Source: Antedon mediterranea (taxonomy: Eukaryota; Animalia; Echinodermata). Taken from it: DNA of 64,000 nt. The stretch lies in NCBI RefSeq assembly GCF_964355755.1, contig NC_092672.1, positions 15,934,001 through 15,998,000 on the forward strand. Direction: 5' to 3'. Shown piece after piece: positions 28,801-43,800 of the stretch. The notes under the pieces were generated by a model, which searched no databases, had not been told where the DNA came from, and was given only the letters and a program-made list of their open reading frames with translations. The position numbers were made by a program, and so were the translations under genes. Numbering within the stretch: position 1 is the stretch's first letter; every line of letters starts with the position of its first letter.

Positions 28801-31800
28801 TGTGCAACAGTAACTGTCCAATCAGATTCCCTTACACAGCGGGATACGGCTACTAGACGATTGTAAACAAACATGTGTTTTTCTCACTAGCTAAGCCTAT
28901 ATGGAGCTGAGCAGTAATGACATCATCAAATTGGATTAAAAATTGGCCCGGTCTTGTAATTTCATCTTTGCTACACTGTACACAACATTATATATAATGT
29001 ATTCCGTATATACTGTTTTAAATTATGACACAAAATAGGTACAATTCAACACTGTAAACATATTTAATTCATGTCATAGGATGGCATAATAATTGTCGGC
29101 GTTCATATAATGTATGTGGTACATGTTGCGTTTGTGCGAATAACCGTCAAAGTGACGAGTTCGAATCTAGTTTTCTTAATAAGTCTGTGGAATGTCTCAT
29201 GCTTCCTTATTTTCCAATTCAAATGTCCTTATTATTTTGAGTGAGGTACAGGCTGATTAGGGTATAGCATTTTGATTGTTGCAATTACAATATCAATAAT
29301 TGATAATATAGTAAGAATACACCATTAAAATTGGTCATACTTCATTTATTCACATTTTTGTTTATATCAACTTTCAACAAGCAGACAATTGGCGTCAGCC
29401 TAATTCTCGGTTACGGATACATGATACACAGGTGCAACTTGTACACCGAAGTATAGTAAACATTTTGCTTGTATTCAAGAATTCTTTATTTTCTAAAAAA
29501 ATATATTTTTTTTTTTCAGGCCAGAACTTAAAGCAGTAGAAAGGGAATCTGAAGTTACACTGAAGTAAGTCATAAACATTTACTTGATATACATTTACTA
29601 CATTAACATTAAACAAACATCTTAAACAAAGAATCATGGCCACTGTGAGCTAGAATGTGTTATTTCACTGCACTCATTCAGTTTCAATTTCATGAGACGA
29701 AAAATATTGAGTTTTATATTGTTTTATCCATACGTAATTACACTGGCATTAAAGATATAACATTAAAATGTAAGCCGTTTATGAGCTATATTTCGCCGAT
29801 TTCTTATCGCGGGGAAATTCCCCACCAGTGACATCGATTAATCGAGGAGGAGGCCCGACTAGAGGCCTAGCGTGCATGCCGGAACGGGTGGATTATTACT
29901 ATATAAATAACAAGTTTGAACGAAAGAGCGTACGACAATCTTGGGTAAATTTTTATTAAACGTATAGGCCTACTTGCTTGGCGAATCCATGCCTTTTAAA
30001 TCATTTAACAAGTTCGTAATCAGATTGTAGTACTGTACGGTAAAACCAAAAAACACCGCCCCAACAACCTTGTGCGATGTGCGATCTGTTGTTCTTTGCA
30101 GATCAACATTGGTAGAGTCCATTATTATTATTGGAGTGTTTAAAAATTTGATAACTATTTAAAACATGTTTCAACCACTGTGTAATCAAAGCGTTAATTT
30201 AGTTAAAACTTGGATCCTCCCAAAATTGATAATCATGTATTCCGGTTGATTGCACACATGAAATATATTCGCCAATTTGGAATTTGGCGAAAAAGGCAAA
30301 ATTTTTTCGGCTCGCAGTCCACACACAAAAAGCGGGCGTGGCCAACACAACAATTTTTTTTTTTTGCCTAATATAGAACACTTCCCCTTAAAGGGCATCA
30401 TGTCGTTGCTTCATAATTTCAATTTTAGATACGTAGGATAGAAAACGTACCAAGATATGACTTGATTTACCTTTCATTCCTCGTCCAGCTAGTGTGCACG
30501 CTCGATGATGGGCATAGATGATAGCGTAAAGTGTTTAGTTAAAATACTCTTAACAATCAGAATACAATTTTTACCTAGCTAATGTTCCAGGCCAACAAAC
30601 CTGATGTTATTGCATCTGTAAAAACATTCAGCTCTATTTAATTCAAGATGGCAGAGAGTTAATTGTTCTTGCATATTTTGAATATCAGATTAACAGGCCT
30701 TGTCATTCGATTCACGCGCCTTATCTTTTGATTCAAGAACTGCAATCCTTTCCGAGTTAAAATCAATAGCTTTACTTTTTATTTTATTTTTTAAGTTATT
30801 TTATGTCTTTAGGCAATGTGGCCAGGGATTACCAATAGTGAATTAATCACTGTCCTATCAGATAGGTGGTAATCCCCCTAATACAGGGGCTATTTTGTGA
30901 ACCAGTTCACCGGGGTAACCCCCTACTCTTTTCGAATAATGAACTGGGTTCTTTAAAGTGCACACAGGTTATAACTGTGTACACTGGACCTACGGTTTAT
31001 AGTCCTTATCCGAGAAGACTTGTTCCACCACCAGAACTAGGAGCGAGTCGGCCTCGAACCCTTGCCGATGCTGTTGTTGTTGTCGGTAAACGGCGCCCCT
31101 GCCTTAACCGCTCGGCCATTTGACTGTTGTAAAGTCTTAAGTCTTCTCTTATTTGAGATTGTCCTTGCAGCACATATTTAAAGGACTCCTGTACCAAATA
31201 CAAAACCGATGTGTCTACTAGGCTAGCTGAGGTAGTCTTAGCACATGTGGTTCGTTTCGTTGCGGGTAGCATAGCATGTTCACAATAGACTATTAGCATA
31301 AAGCTGTAATAATTTGTTGACCTAGGAGCTCGCGTCAAACACGTTTTAACCCAACAGCGTCATGAATTCAATTAAAACCTTTAGATATACAGTAGAACCT
31401 TCATTTTACGTACGGCACGGGACCGAAAGGCGTACGTAAAACAAGGGATTCGTAAAATCAAGGTTGACCTTAAATTGACCCCAAATACGTAGAGATCGTA
31501 GCTAGCCGTATTTGCCTACTTCTGTACAGTATGCAGGCTGAGGTGGTCACTAGCTAGGCCTAGGCCCTAGACTATTCAGGCTAGGCTAGCAAGGCCTAAC
31601 TAGAAAAGTACAGTATATACAGGCTGTGCGATGTTTAAATAAAGTGTAAAATATAATTGTTTTCCATCAATAAAAACAGTCGCTGCTTTAGGGGGAATGC
31701 ACGTGCGTAGTTTGTCCCACAAACAGCAGAATTCCTCACACAGCCATGATTGTGGCTTTGTGTGCTTTGTTGTTGTTAAATTGCGCCCTCAATGTAAGAA

Positions 31801-34800
31801 AATGATGACGTCATCGGTTATTTTAAGCGTACGTAAAATCGAGGGAACGTAAAATCAGGGTACGTAAAACACAGGTTCTACTGTAGTATTGCAATACGTA
31901 TTGACAATTTTTGGTCACCATTTGAATCGCAAATTTCTTACTGTGAGTGTGGGTACTGTTAGATATATAAACAAATACAAGTAAACTTTACTACTGTTAG
32001 TGTGGGTACTTATAGATATATAATACAAATGTTGAATGTTTATGAGTGTAATAGTACAAATAATGGCATGAGGTGAATGATGAAGGGTTATATATCAACG
32101 AGAATGCCTAGTTGATATTTAACCTTTCATCATCAATTTTATATTATACAGCTTGTAAAATGTTGTATCATTTGTTTTTTTTGACAATCTGTCTTCAACT
32201 ATTTATCAATGTGTTGATTTTGGCAGTAATTACGGCAGTCTTCTAGGATCGTATCATATCCATTACAAAGTGTCATTTAATAGTAAGAAATGTTTCAATA
32301 AATTGTGAATGTTGCCACTGTACGATACATTTTGTGTTGATTTACCATTTCTCAGTACTTTGATCTTTTTGTTCAATCAATTATAATACCTGAAAAAAAA
32401 GAAATATCTGCATAAAATTTTAATTGTGCGAATGCTGGTTTGAAGTTACTAAAGTAAAAAAGATTTTTAACATACTGTACAGTAAACATCCAAAACAACA
32501 TTTAGATTTGTTTGGTAATTTTCTCTGCACAATAGAATAGTTAAAATCAGTTATAGTCCAGTCAATCTAGTGATATTTAGAGGTAAATCCACCACAAATT
32601 GCAATAGTAACGAAACATTGAATTTTTCATTCAAATGTAGTTTAGAATGACATATTAAAAGTCACCGAAAATTGAAGCATTGGAACATATTATTTTTTAC
32701 GTAATCTCTCAACTATATAGTGATTTTATTCTGTAAATATTTTTGGGGTAGGGGGTAATATTTTTGCCCATGGGGTTTTATAATCCAATCTAAACAATCT
32801 TGATATCAATGTGTAGAATATATATTTTCTTCTAATATGCAATTTAAAAAAAAATAATAATACAACACTTATTTATATAACAATTTTGGGGTAGGGGGTA
32901 TAGGCTAGTCAATCTAGCAAAAAAAACAGCCCAAAGTGAAACAAATTGCAAACAGAGATTTTTCTTTTTTAAATGGTCATATATGATGAGGAGATCAAAA
33001 TTTGAGCATCACACCTCTGTCACTCATCCCGATGATATGCAAATTAGCTTAAATATGCAAATTAGGGTGAAATTACAGGGTTACCATATCTCAAAAACTA
33101 CTAGTCCGAGAGAGTTGATATTTTCACTGATCTATTCAAAATGTATATATTTATATTTACTCTAATGAAACATTTTACGAAAAAATGACCGGAAGTACAA
33201 CATTTGACCTTCGACCCCATTTCCCAATGTTTGCATATACAATGTGACTAAAATGTCTGTAGAGACTTTATTTTGCCCTCAAATGACCCAGACATAGGTT
33301 CCTAATAACCAGAATAGGATCACTTTGTAATTCCCAAAATCACACCTTTGTCACACACCTTGAAAGTATGCAAATTAGTAGTACAATTTAAATAAAATAT
33401 GCAAATAAGGGGAAAAAATTACAGTTGTCCTATATCTCGAAAACCACTAATGCTAGAGAGCTGATTTTTTCACAGCCGTATTCAAAATGTACATATTTCT
33501 ATTTGCTCCAATGAAACATTTTACAAAAAATTGACCGGAAGTATGACATTTGACCCTCGACCCCATTTCTCAATATTGCATAATATATAAATGAAACTAA
33601 AATGTCTGTAGAGACTTTGTTTTGCCCTCAAATGACTCTGATACAGGTTTCTAATAGCCAACATAGGAATGTTTAGTAAATCTCAAAATCACACCTGTAT
33701 CACTCACCTCCAAAGTATGCAAATTATTAGTACAAGTTACATGAAATATGCAAATTAGAGGGTGAAATTAAAGGTTCCTATATATCGAAAACCACTAAGG
33801 CTAGAGAGTTGATTTTTTCAATAACTTGTTCAGAATGTACATATTTATATTTACTCTAATGAAACATTTTACGAAAAAATGACCGGAAATACAACAATTG
33901 ACCCTCGACCCCATTTATCAATGTTTGCATACATAATGCGACTAAAATGTCTGTAGAGACTTTGTTTTGGACTCAAATAACTCGGATACATGTTTCCTAT
34001 AGTCAGCATAGGACCGCTTTGTAATTCCCAAAATCACGCCTTCATTTTGGCATGGTTGGAATTCCCTTTTTTCGTATTAGTTTATGTACAGCGCTTAGAG
34101 GTTTCACAACATTAGGCGCTATATAAATCCAGGATATTATTATTATTATTTCTCAATATTTGCATAATGCAACTAAAATGTATGTACAGACATTGTTTTA
34201 GCCTCAAATGACTCGGATACAGGTTTTATATAGCCAGTATAAGTCAAGCACCTCGAAAGGATGCAAATTAGTAGTACAAGCTATATGAAATATGCAAATT
34301 ACAGTGAATTGCCTTATGTATCTCGAAAACGCTAATGACCGAGAGAGAGAGATATGGCAACTTTCTAGTACTACTGATTTGCATACTTTCAAGCGAAGTA
34401 ACAGAGGTGTGATTTTGAGAATTACTAAACAGTTCTATGCTGGCTATAGAAAACCTGTATCTGGGTCATTATTGAAAAAAAAATTATCGAAAGTATGACA
34501 TTTGACCCTCGAACCTATTTCTCAATATTTGCATATAATGTAACTAAAATGTATGTACAGACTTTGTTTTGGCCTCAAATGACTTGGATACAGGTTTTAT
34601 ATAGCCAGTATAGGATCGTTTAGTAATTCCAAAAAGTCAAGCAACTCGAAAGTATGCAAATTATTAGTACAAGTTATATGAAATATGCAAATTACAGCCT
34701 TATGTATCTCGAAAAACGCTAATGACCGATAGAGATATGGCAACTTTCACCTCTTGTACTACTAATTTGCATATTTTCTAGGGAAGTAACAAAGGTGTGA

Positions 34801-37800
34801 TTTTGAGAATTACTAACAGTTCCATGCTGGCTATAGAAAACCTGTATCTGAGTCATTTGAGGCCAAAACAGTCTGTACAGATATTTTAGTTGAATTATAT
34901 GAAAATATTGAGAAATAGGGTCAAGGGTCAAATGTCATAATTCAATCATGACAATTTTTGCGTAAAATGTTTCATTACAGCGAATATAAATAATATGTAC
35001 ATTCTGAATCAACTCTGAATTCAAATCAACTCTCTAGCATTAATGGTTTTCGAGATATGGGAAGACTGTAATTTCACCCCTAATTTGCATATTTCATGTA
35101 ACTTGTACTAATAATTTGCATACTTTCAAGGTATGTGATAAAGATGTGATTTTGGGAATTACAAAGCGGTCCTATGCTGACAATAGGAAAACTGTATCCG
35201 AGTCATTTGAGTCCAAAAAAATTATCTACAGACATTTTAGTCGCATTATGTATGCAAACATTGATAAATAGGGTCAAGGGTCAATTGTTGTATTTCCGGT
35301 CATTTTTTCGTAAAATGTTTCATTAGAGCAAATATAAATATGTACATTCTGAACAAGTTTTTGAAAAAATCAACTCTCTACCTTAGCGGTTTTCGATACA
35401 TATAGCAACCTGTAATTTCACCCCCTAATTTGCATATTTCATGTAACTTGTACTAATAATTTGCATACTTTGAAGGTGAGTGATACAGGTGTGATTTTGA
35501 GATTTACTAAACATTCCTATGTTGGCTATTAGAAACCTGTATCCGAGTCATTTGAGGGCAAAACAAAGTCTCTACAGACATTTTAGTTTTCATTATATAT
35601 GCAATATTGAGAAATGGGGTCGAGGGTCAAATGTCATAGTTCCGGGCATTTTTTTGTAAAATGTCTCATTACAGCAAATATAAATATATACATTTTAAAT
35701 ATTTTAGTGAAAAAATCAACACTCTAGCATTAGCGGTTTTCGAGATATGGCAACGCTGTAATTTCACTCCCTAATTTGCATATTTAATATTACTTGTACT
35801 ACTAATTTGCATACTTTCGAGGTGCATGACGAAGTTGTGATTTTAGGAATTATAATACAGTTCTATGGTGGGTATTGAAAAACAATATCCAAGTCATTGA
35901 GTCCAAAATAAAGTCTCTACAGATATTTTTTTAATCACATATTTATGTAAATATTGAGAAATGGGGTCAAGGGTCAAAATTTGGTACTTCCGGACATTTT
36001 TATGTAAAATGTCTCATTAGAGCAAATATAAATATATATATATTCTGAACCAGACTGTGCAAAAATGAACTCTCTACGATTAGTAGTTTTTAAGATATGG
36101 TAACCCTGTAATTTCACCCTAATTTGCATATTTAAGCTAATTTGCATACCTTCGGGATGAGTGTCAGAGGTGTGATGCTCAAAAATTAATCACCTTATCA
36201 TATGTAACCATTTAAAAAAAAAAATCTCTGTTTGCAATTTGTTTCACTCAAAATGCTAGATTGACTAGCCTAGTAGGATTTATGCCTTTAATCCATTGTT
36301 TTATAAACATATCTAAATAACTTTAGTACCAATGTGTAGAGTATAATATATCCTTCTAATATACATTAAAAAAACAATTAATACAACAGTTATACGTAAC
36401 TAGAGGTCAAAAGGTCATTGACTTTTTAACCAAAATTCAAATTTTTCCAAACAAAATGATTAACTGCAATGTCTTATTCCATAATTGTCAATGCATTTGA
36501 TCAAACTTGGGTTTTTTCTGTACCTATCGTCATATGAAATAGGAAAAATGAAGTTAAGTATTTCAAATTATTTATGTACTTCTTATTAAAAATAATCATA
36601 TAATAATGATAAATTGTTATCAACAACAGGTAGTGTAGTATGGCTGCCAATAACATCTAAATAACTACAAATGTGTATAATATGTATTTCTTACTCAAAA
36701 AACTAATTGATACAACAGTTGTTATGTAATTATAGAGGTCATTCACCTTTTACGAAAACTCAATTTTTCTTAAAATAACATAAAACTAAATTATGTTTAT
36801 ATACTATATTTATATTTTGGAAGTATTTGGTGCAAATAATGTTTTCCCTATATCGTCATGAAATAGGAAAAATGATGCTAGCTATAGAACAACATTGAAA
36901 TTCATTAGCGGTATGTACTATTGTTGATTGATTAATGAGTCTTGGTAATTTGATTTACTAGATTATATTTTTGATGATTTTAGTATCAACATTTACATAT
37001 ATAAATCCAAAGGCAAAATACTGAACAAATGACTGTGGGTATCAGTGGCTGGATCTCACATCCACGTCAAATAGCGAAAATGGGACATTAAGTGTTCAGA
37101 GAGCCGTTTTGATTGTTTTAGTTAGCTGGATCCTTTTTCGATAGGCTATAAATAGAAGTTACCGAGTATTTCGAGCGACACAAGTTCTGACTTCCGTGTT
37201 TTATAGGCTGTCTAAATTTCCATTTTAACGGGTTTATATTAAATTATATTGTTGTTTGATTTATTTCTGTTTATTAGGAACATTTATATTAAACAAAAAC
37301 CACAACAATAGCAATTTTAGTTGATTATGGATTAATTTATTCGAATTCTAAGATAACGTCTAAGCCAAGTGTAAACGTAAACAAAGCGAGTCATACGGTG
37401 AAAGCAAAAAAGTGAAAACATTAATTTGCAATTTTTAAATGAAATTGTGAAAACGCTATAATATAGTCTTATAATAATATGCATTTTCAAAGATGTCCAA
37501 ATATAAGCTTGGGGTTATTTTTCAAACAAATTCTATAAGGAGTTGAATGTAGTGTATTTTGACCGAAAGTGCGGTGCGCGTAGGCCTAGGAAGACGCGGC
37601 AGGGCTGGAATACTCGTTTCCTTAGGTGGAAACGACGGAAAATGCGCTCCATCACTGGGCTCTCGATTTTAGTTCTTGTTAAATGGATGATTCAGAATCT
37701 TAATATATGGGCTTATAAATTTTAAAATAAAGTGCTGAACTTTCATTTTTCTTGAAATTATGAAGAATAGTGTGAAGTGGGGACTGTCTGCATGCCTGGA

Positions 37801-40800
37801 TGGTTGACTTGGTAAAATACTGAAAAATCAGTAAATTAGTTAGGCCTAACTAGGCTAATTAATTAATGTACAGTATAATATAATGTAAAATTTTTATGAA
37901 TAGAGCTAAACCTACTAGTAGGCTTACTAGTAATCTCATAATAACTCTGTTTGTGACAACTGGCTCTCACAAAAATACGAAACAAAGTTAGTGTCAAATG
38001 CCATTTTATTTGATAATGACGCAAATTACGAGAGAATTGATCTTCCCTACGAAATGTGGGTTCACTCTCTGCCCTTAAATTACAGGTTAAACATTTATAA
38101 TAATAATTGATCGAATAGAAACAAAAACATTGAAATCAAAACTGTAGTTAAAACAGTAGTTTAAATTAATATAAAATAAAATATAATGATACATGCTTAT
38201 AATCGTGGGTGCCAAAAAGGCAAAACTTATAAAACACCGTACAATAACACCGGTGGAGTAAGGGGTGGAGGCGGGAAATTATTTTATACAGCGAACTTAA
38301 TAAATGTGATGTTTGTCCGGAGACGGTTATGAAGCGAATGTCCTGCTTCAGAATTAAACCACACGCCTAGAATTAAATGAGTTTACCAGTCATACTCTGA
38401 ATACCATTCTACCCTGAGGATATCATAAATCGGTAGCTTCATGGTCATCCCATCTAAACAGTTTACATAAGCCATGGGAAACTGACCGATAAACTAAACA
38501 TAGAGTGAAATCCATTGACACAAACGATTCTTCCTTTGGTATTTTGACTCGGAAGAAATTATTTTGTGACAACTGGCTCTCACAAAAATACGAAACAAAG
38601 TTAGTGTCAAATAAAATTAAAAAAAACTAAAGCCCCCAGAATTGATGTTATCTTTCTCGACTATGCCAAAGCGTTTGATAAACTGCCTCACCATATTATT
38701 TTAAAGAAGCTGGCTAGCCACTTTAATATCAGAGGCAATGTCTGGAAATGGATCAAGTCATTTCTATTGGGACGTTCCCAAAGTGTCTTGTATCAAGGAT
38801 CCATTAGCCCATCATCCCCAGTTACCTCTGGCATACCACAGGGCAGCGTACTTGGACCCCTTATTTTTAACTTATTTATAAATGACCTTCCCTCATCTAT
38901 TATTTCTCCATGTGCATTGTTTGCCGATGACACGATAATTTATAGAAATATATTTACTGTAGACGATGAAGTTGTTCTTCAGTGCGATCTGATCAGGCTT
39001 TCCTCTTGGTGTGATCTAAATGAAATGGAGCTTAACTTAAATAAAACCAAGGTTCTCCACATTACAAGATCAAGGAAAGAGTATAGACCTGTTTATCGTA
39101 TAAATGACTTGCCTATTAAATCCGTATCTAGTCATTGTCATCTGGGGGTCACGATTAATAGTGAACTTACTTGGGATGACCATGTAAACTTAATTATTTC
39201 TCGTTCAAATCGAATGTTGGGTTTTATTACTAGTATTGCAGGAGGATCATCCCCTTCAGCTATTTTCTCACTCTATAAAGCTCTCATTGTCCCCATCCTT
39301 GAATATGGTGTCCCAGCGTGGTTGCCTCGAACCAAAAAACTTACAGAACGTATCGAGGCAGTCCAGCGAAGGGCTACTAGGCTTGTCCTTAAACAAACAA
39401 GAGGTGAAATGGAATACGAGGAACGTCTCACTAAGCTAAATTGGCCTACACTATCTAATTGAAGAAATTATCTTCTGTTATCCTTTGTTTGTAAATCACT
39501 TATTGGAACGGTTGATTGTAGTAGTGTTCGTCAATCTTTAGTTGTTAATGGCCGTCACCTTGATACACTTAAGTTCATTCATCACTATGCTCGAACCAAT
39601 TGTCTTCATCATTCCGCTATTAATATATTCCCTAGGTTGTGGGAAGAATTACCGGAAATGATTAAAAATTCTTTAATTTTAGACAGTTTTCAAATATTTT
39701 TAAATTCACTTAAATCACATGTTTTATATTGACTTTGTTGAATCGACTATTATGTATTTTATCCGTTTATTTTATATTGACACTGTTGATTCGTCTATTT
39801 GTTTTTTAAATATTTTTATATAGTTTATTTTATATCATTGTTGTTACTTTGGGAGTACGGAACCTGAACTCTTGTTATAGTGATTAGGTTCACTTTTAGG
39901 TTCCTGCCTACTCCCTTAGTTTCTGTGTTTTGTTTGTTTGTAACTGGTTTTTGGCAATAAATAATAATAATAATAATAATAATAAATGCCATTTTATTTG
40001 ATAATGACGCAAAGTAGGGAAGCAATAAAAATTACGAGAGAATTGACTCGGAAGAAATTATTTAATATCACCTGTCACTAACATATGATTGATTAATTTA
40101 AGTATATGCTGAAAATGTTTATCGGAGTTCCCTGCTTTTTATTATAATAATGGAGCAATAAATGAAATACAAATACACACCAATTAACATTTAACTTTTA
40201 ACAAATTTCACTGTAAAAATCAGACAACAAGTTTTCTACATCAACTTAGCTAACATCTTTTGTACTAGGCCTAATCTTCCAAAGATTTTCTATTACTGTA
40301 GTAGGCCTATTAGTATTACCATTATTTATTTGCCTATTTGAAATCTACATTTAAATTTTATTAAACTACCGCACAACAACCAACCGCCACTTGAACCTTT
40401 AAATAAGTAAATTAGGATAAGTTAAAGTTTTTTAAAAATAAATGTCCTTTTGGCAATACATCATAGATATCCATAATTACAGTATTAAATAGTGCTGTTT
40501 CACATATATAGCGGAGGTAAATTAATATGACTCATCATAAGAAATTGTTGTTGAGTTAATGCTATTTGTATTAAATTATGCAGAACAATCCTATGTGGCC
40601 TGTAAAAAAAAACTTTTAATTAATATTAATCATTATTTAATTATATTTGTATATTTATTATTTTTTTAGGCCTATAAACAACGCGCGCCCGACAATGAAC
40701 ACGCGCCAATAATGCACGCACTACCCCCATTGTTATAGGCTAAAGCCTGGCTCTCCTACTGTACTAGACCTAGACTATAATTGATTTATAAATAAAACAA

Positions 40801-43800
40801 AGAGGCTTTGTAGAGTTTTATGATTAAAAACAGCTTCCCTATATATTATATGTTGCTCATATTAATTTACAAAACAACATTTTTTTTATCTTATGGCCTA
40901 AAAAATGATTTTAGCTCAACCATGTGTTCCATTTTCAACAGTACAATACCCAAGAAGGCACATGTTTACGCAGCCATTAAAAAAAAAAAAAAATAACCCC
41001 AACAGGATTTTTTTATTAACTACTATTGAAAAATCAAATATTCAGAAACTACAAAACCCACCTTCCCAAAAAATTGCGTTGTTTTATTACAGCCTCAACA
41101 AATTAGACGAAATTTTAACATTCGAATAGCCTAAAATTGTTTAAAAAACATCGGTGTCATTCACCCTTGTTTCACACAAATATAATAGATTCGACGATTA
41201 AAAAACAATATCACGTGGTTCGTAGATGCCTTGTCAAAGTTTTTCATGAATTATTCATTAGTAAATAAAATCAAAAGTTCCAATTGGCCAGTTTGCAAAA
41301 ACCTAAGATTTATTTTTAAAAACAAAGTTGCTTCCGGGTAATTGTCTACGCTGTCTCGTGTGCAAAAACGGAGATACAAAAAAAAAAAAAAAGCGAAAAG
41401 CTAAATTAAAATAATTAAGTAAAACAGCCAGAAAAGTTAACAGAACTTTCGGGCAACACTAGCCCTTCATCAGTGCAAGTGAAGGTACTTAGACAAGATA
41501 TTATATTGTTTAATCCTTTAAATAGAAATGGACTCATAACTTATATGTCATCAGTATCACTTTCTTAGTACAATGCCATTGCATTCACCACATGTAGTTC
41601 TATAGTTACTGCTTCAAGGAGATACTCAGGTGCTGGCTTTAAGTTTGTGTGTAAAGGAACCATGTTTCCATCATCTGATCTTGCATCCCCAATCCTCAAT
41701 ACAACACATATACCCACTCCATTGTTAAAAGATAACTGGAACTTGAACATGATGTACCTTGGTTGTGGTACTATTAGGAAGTTGGCGATACGCAAGGTTG
41801 TACTTGTAGAAGGGATGGAGTCAAATGCATTCCACGTTGTCCAGGTCGTCCATTGTACAGACACACTAAAGCATTTTCTCTAGCTACCACGATGTCATCC
41901 TTTGTAGCTTGTTTGCATATGAAAACTACATAATGTCAGAAATAAGTACAATGACAAGATTGAAAATGTTCATCTGGTTTGTAGGTATAAGTATCTTGAA
42001 AATATTCTTTTTTCCAAACCAATAATTAGTAAAAAACTAACCTTGACAGTTTCGCTGTCCTGATCGGACAGCTTCTTCAGAAATAATGACGATCTATCAT
42101 CAAACAGACTGACCTCTAGAGGGCCTACTCTGTTTAATGACAGGGTCATACATGTGACTGAGTTGGTGGGTGCCCTCGTCTCTGTTGATGATTTGGTTTC
42201 CTCGTCTGCGGATCCAGATGGCTTCTCTGATGCGTCGATTGTTTGTATCTGGTTCCCTATCGATGATTTTAGGTTGTGTCCAGTCTATTATGTGATTTAA
42301 CTTGACGGCATGATCTGTTATTTAACTTATAGTTATACCCTTTTCACATCTGCATAAATTGTTACAACTTTTTTTTTATTGTTGTCTTGGTCAATTTATT
42401 CGTTTTTTTAGGCTATTTCATGGTTTATTTTACATCAACATTTTCATTTTCACACGTGTGCTAAACAGCGCATAGAGACTATTTGTATTTTGCGCTATAT
42501 AAATTTGAAATCATAAACCATACTTCTATTACAATACAATACATAAATGTCAAAAGTAACATAAAAACCCTCCCCCAAGTAACAAAATATATACGGTAAT
42601 AATAAATCAAATAAACCACTCTGTAAGTATTATTGTTCTTAAAAGCAATATGATGTTTGATCAATTTTTCGAATTTTAGAACATTTTTTAAGATTACAAT
42701 ACTTAGAATCATCTTACAACTTCTACAAGAATAAATAAAATATTTTGCATGGAGAATAGTAGGATTTCAGTGCTCATTATCCACATTAGAAATATTAATA
42801 AGCCAAACATCCTGTAATGTTACGACCTCCTGATCTCTAATAATACTATGCAGTCCAAAAATTAGATGTGACGTTACATTCCCAAAATAAATGTGTAACT
42901 GTTTCTGCAACCATACCACAAAAGGTACACTTATTATAATCGACAATAAATAATAATAATAATAATGATGGCAATTTGTAAAGCGCAAGCATCCGTCTAA
43001 AAAAAGACGCTCACTGTGCTACTGAACAAAGAACATGAAAAAGTTACAAATCTTAAACTACTAGACTACAAACATTACAAATACGCTACAAGTTTTCTGG
43101 ATAAGACATGGTAAATAAATGAGTCTTTAAGCTAGACTTGAATGTATATAAAGTACTAGAGTTTTGAATATGAGATGGCAGGCGATTCCATAGCATTGGA
43201 GCACAGTTGGTAAAAGAACGGTCGCCGAAAACATTTTTCGTTTTATGTTCTTGTAGAAGATGACGGTTTGCAGAACGAAGTCCAGTGCGTTGAGGAGCAT
43301 AAACATAAAGCAGTTCGGTGAGATACAATGGTGCTAATCCGTGAAGAGCTTTGTAAACGAGAATAAGGATTTTATAATCAATTTGTTGCTTTATCCTTAA
43401 CCAGTGCAAATTAAAAAGAACAGGGGTGATATGAGAACGTTTCCTAGTGAGGGTGATGAGCCGTGCAGCTGTATTTTGTACAAGTTGAAGACGGTGTAGT
43501 TGATAGTCAGGAGTTCCATAGAGAAGTGAATTACACATATCCAAACGCGATGTAACAAGAGAGTTGACAATGAGTTCAGTGACTTCTTTGGTGAGGTATT
43601 TACGTATCTTGCCGATATTACGAATTTGGCAGTATGCAGCTTTGACAGGAGCAGTGTTAGACTTTTCTGAGTTAAAGATAACACCTAGATTGCGAGCATT
43701 ATTTGATGGAACAACTTGCGAATCACCGATGATAATGTTATCAATAACAATTTGTGATCTGAGATGCTTAGAGCCAATGATGAGAAATTCCGTTTTACTG

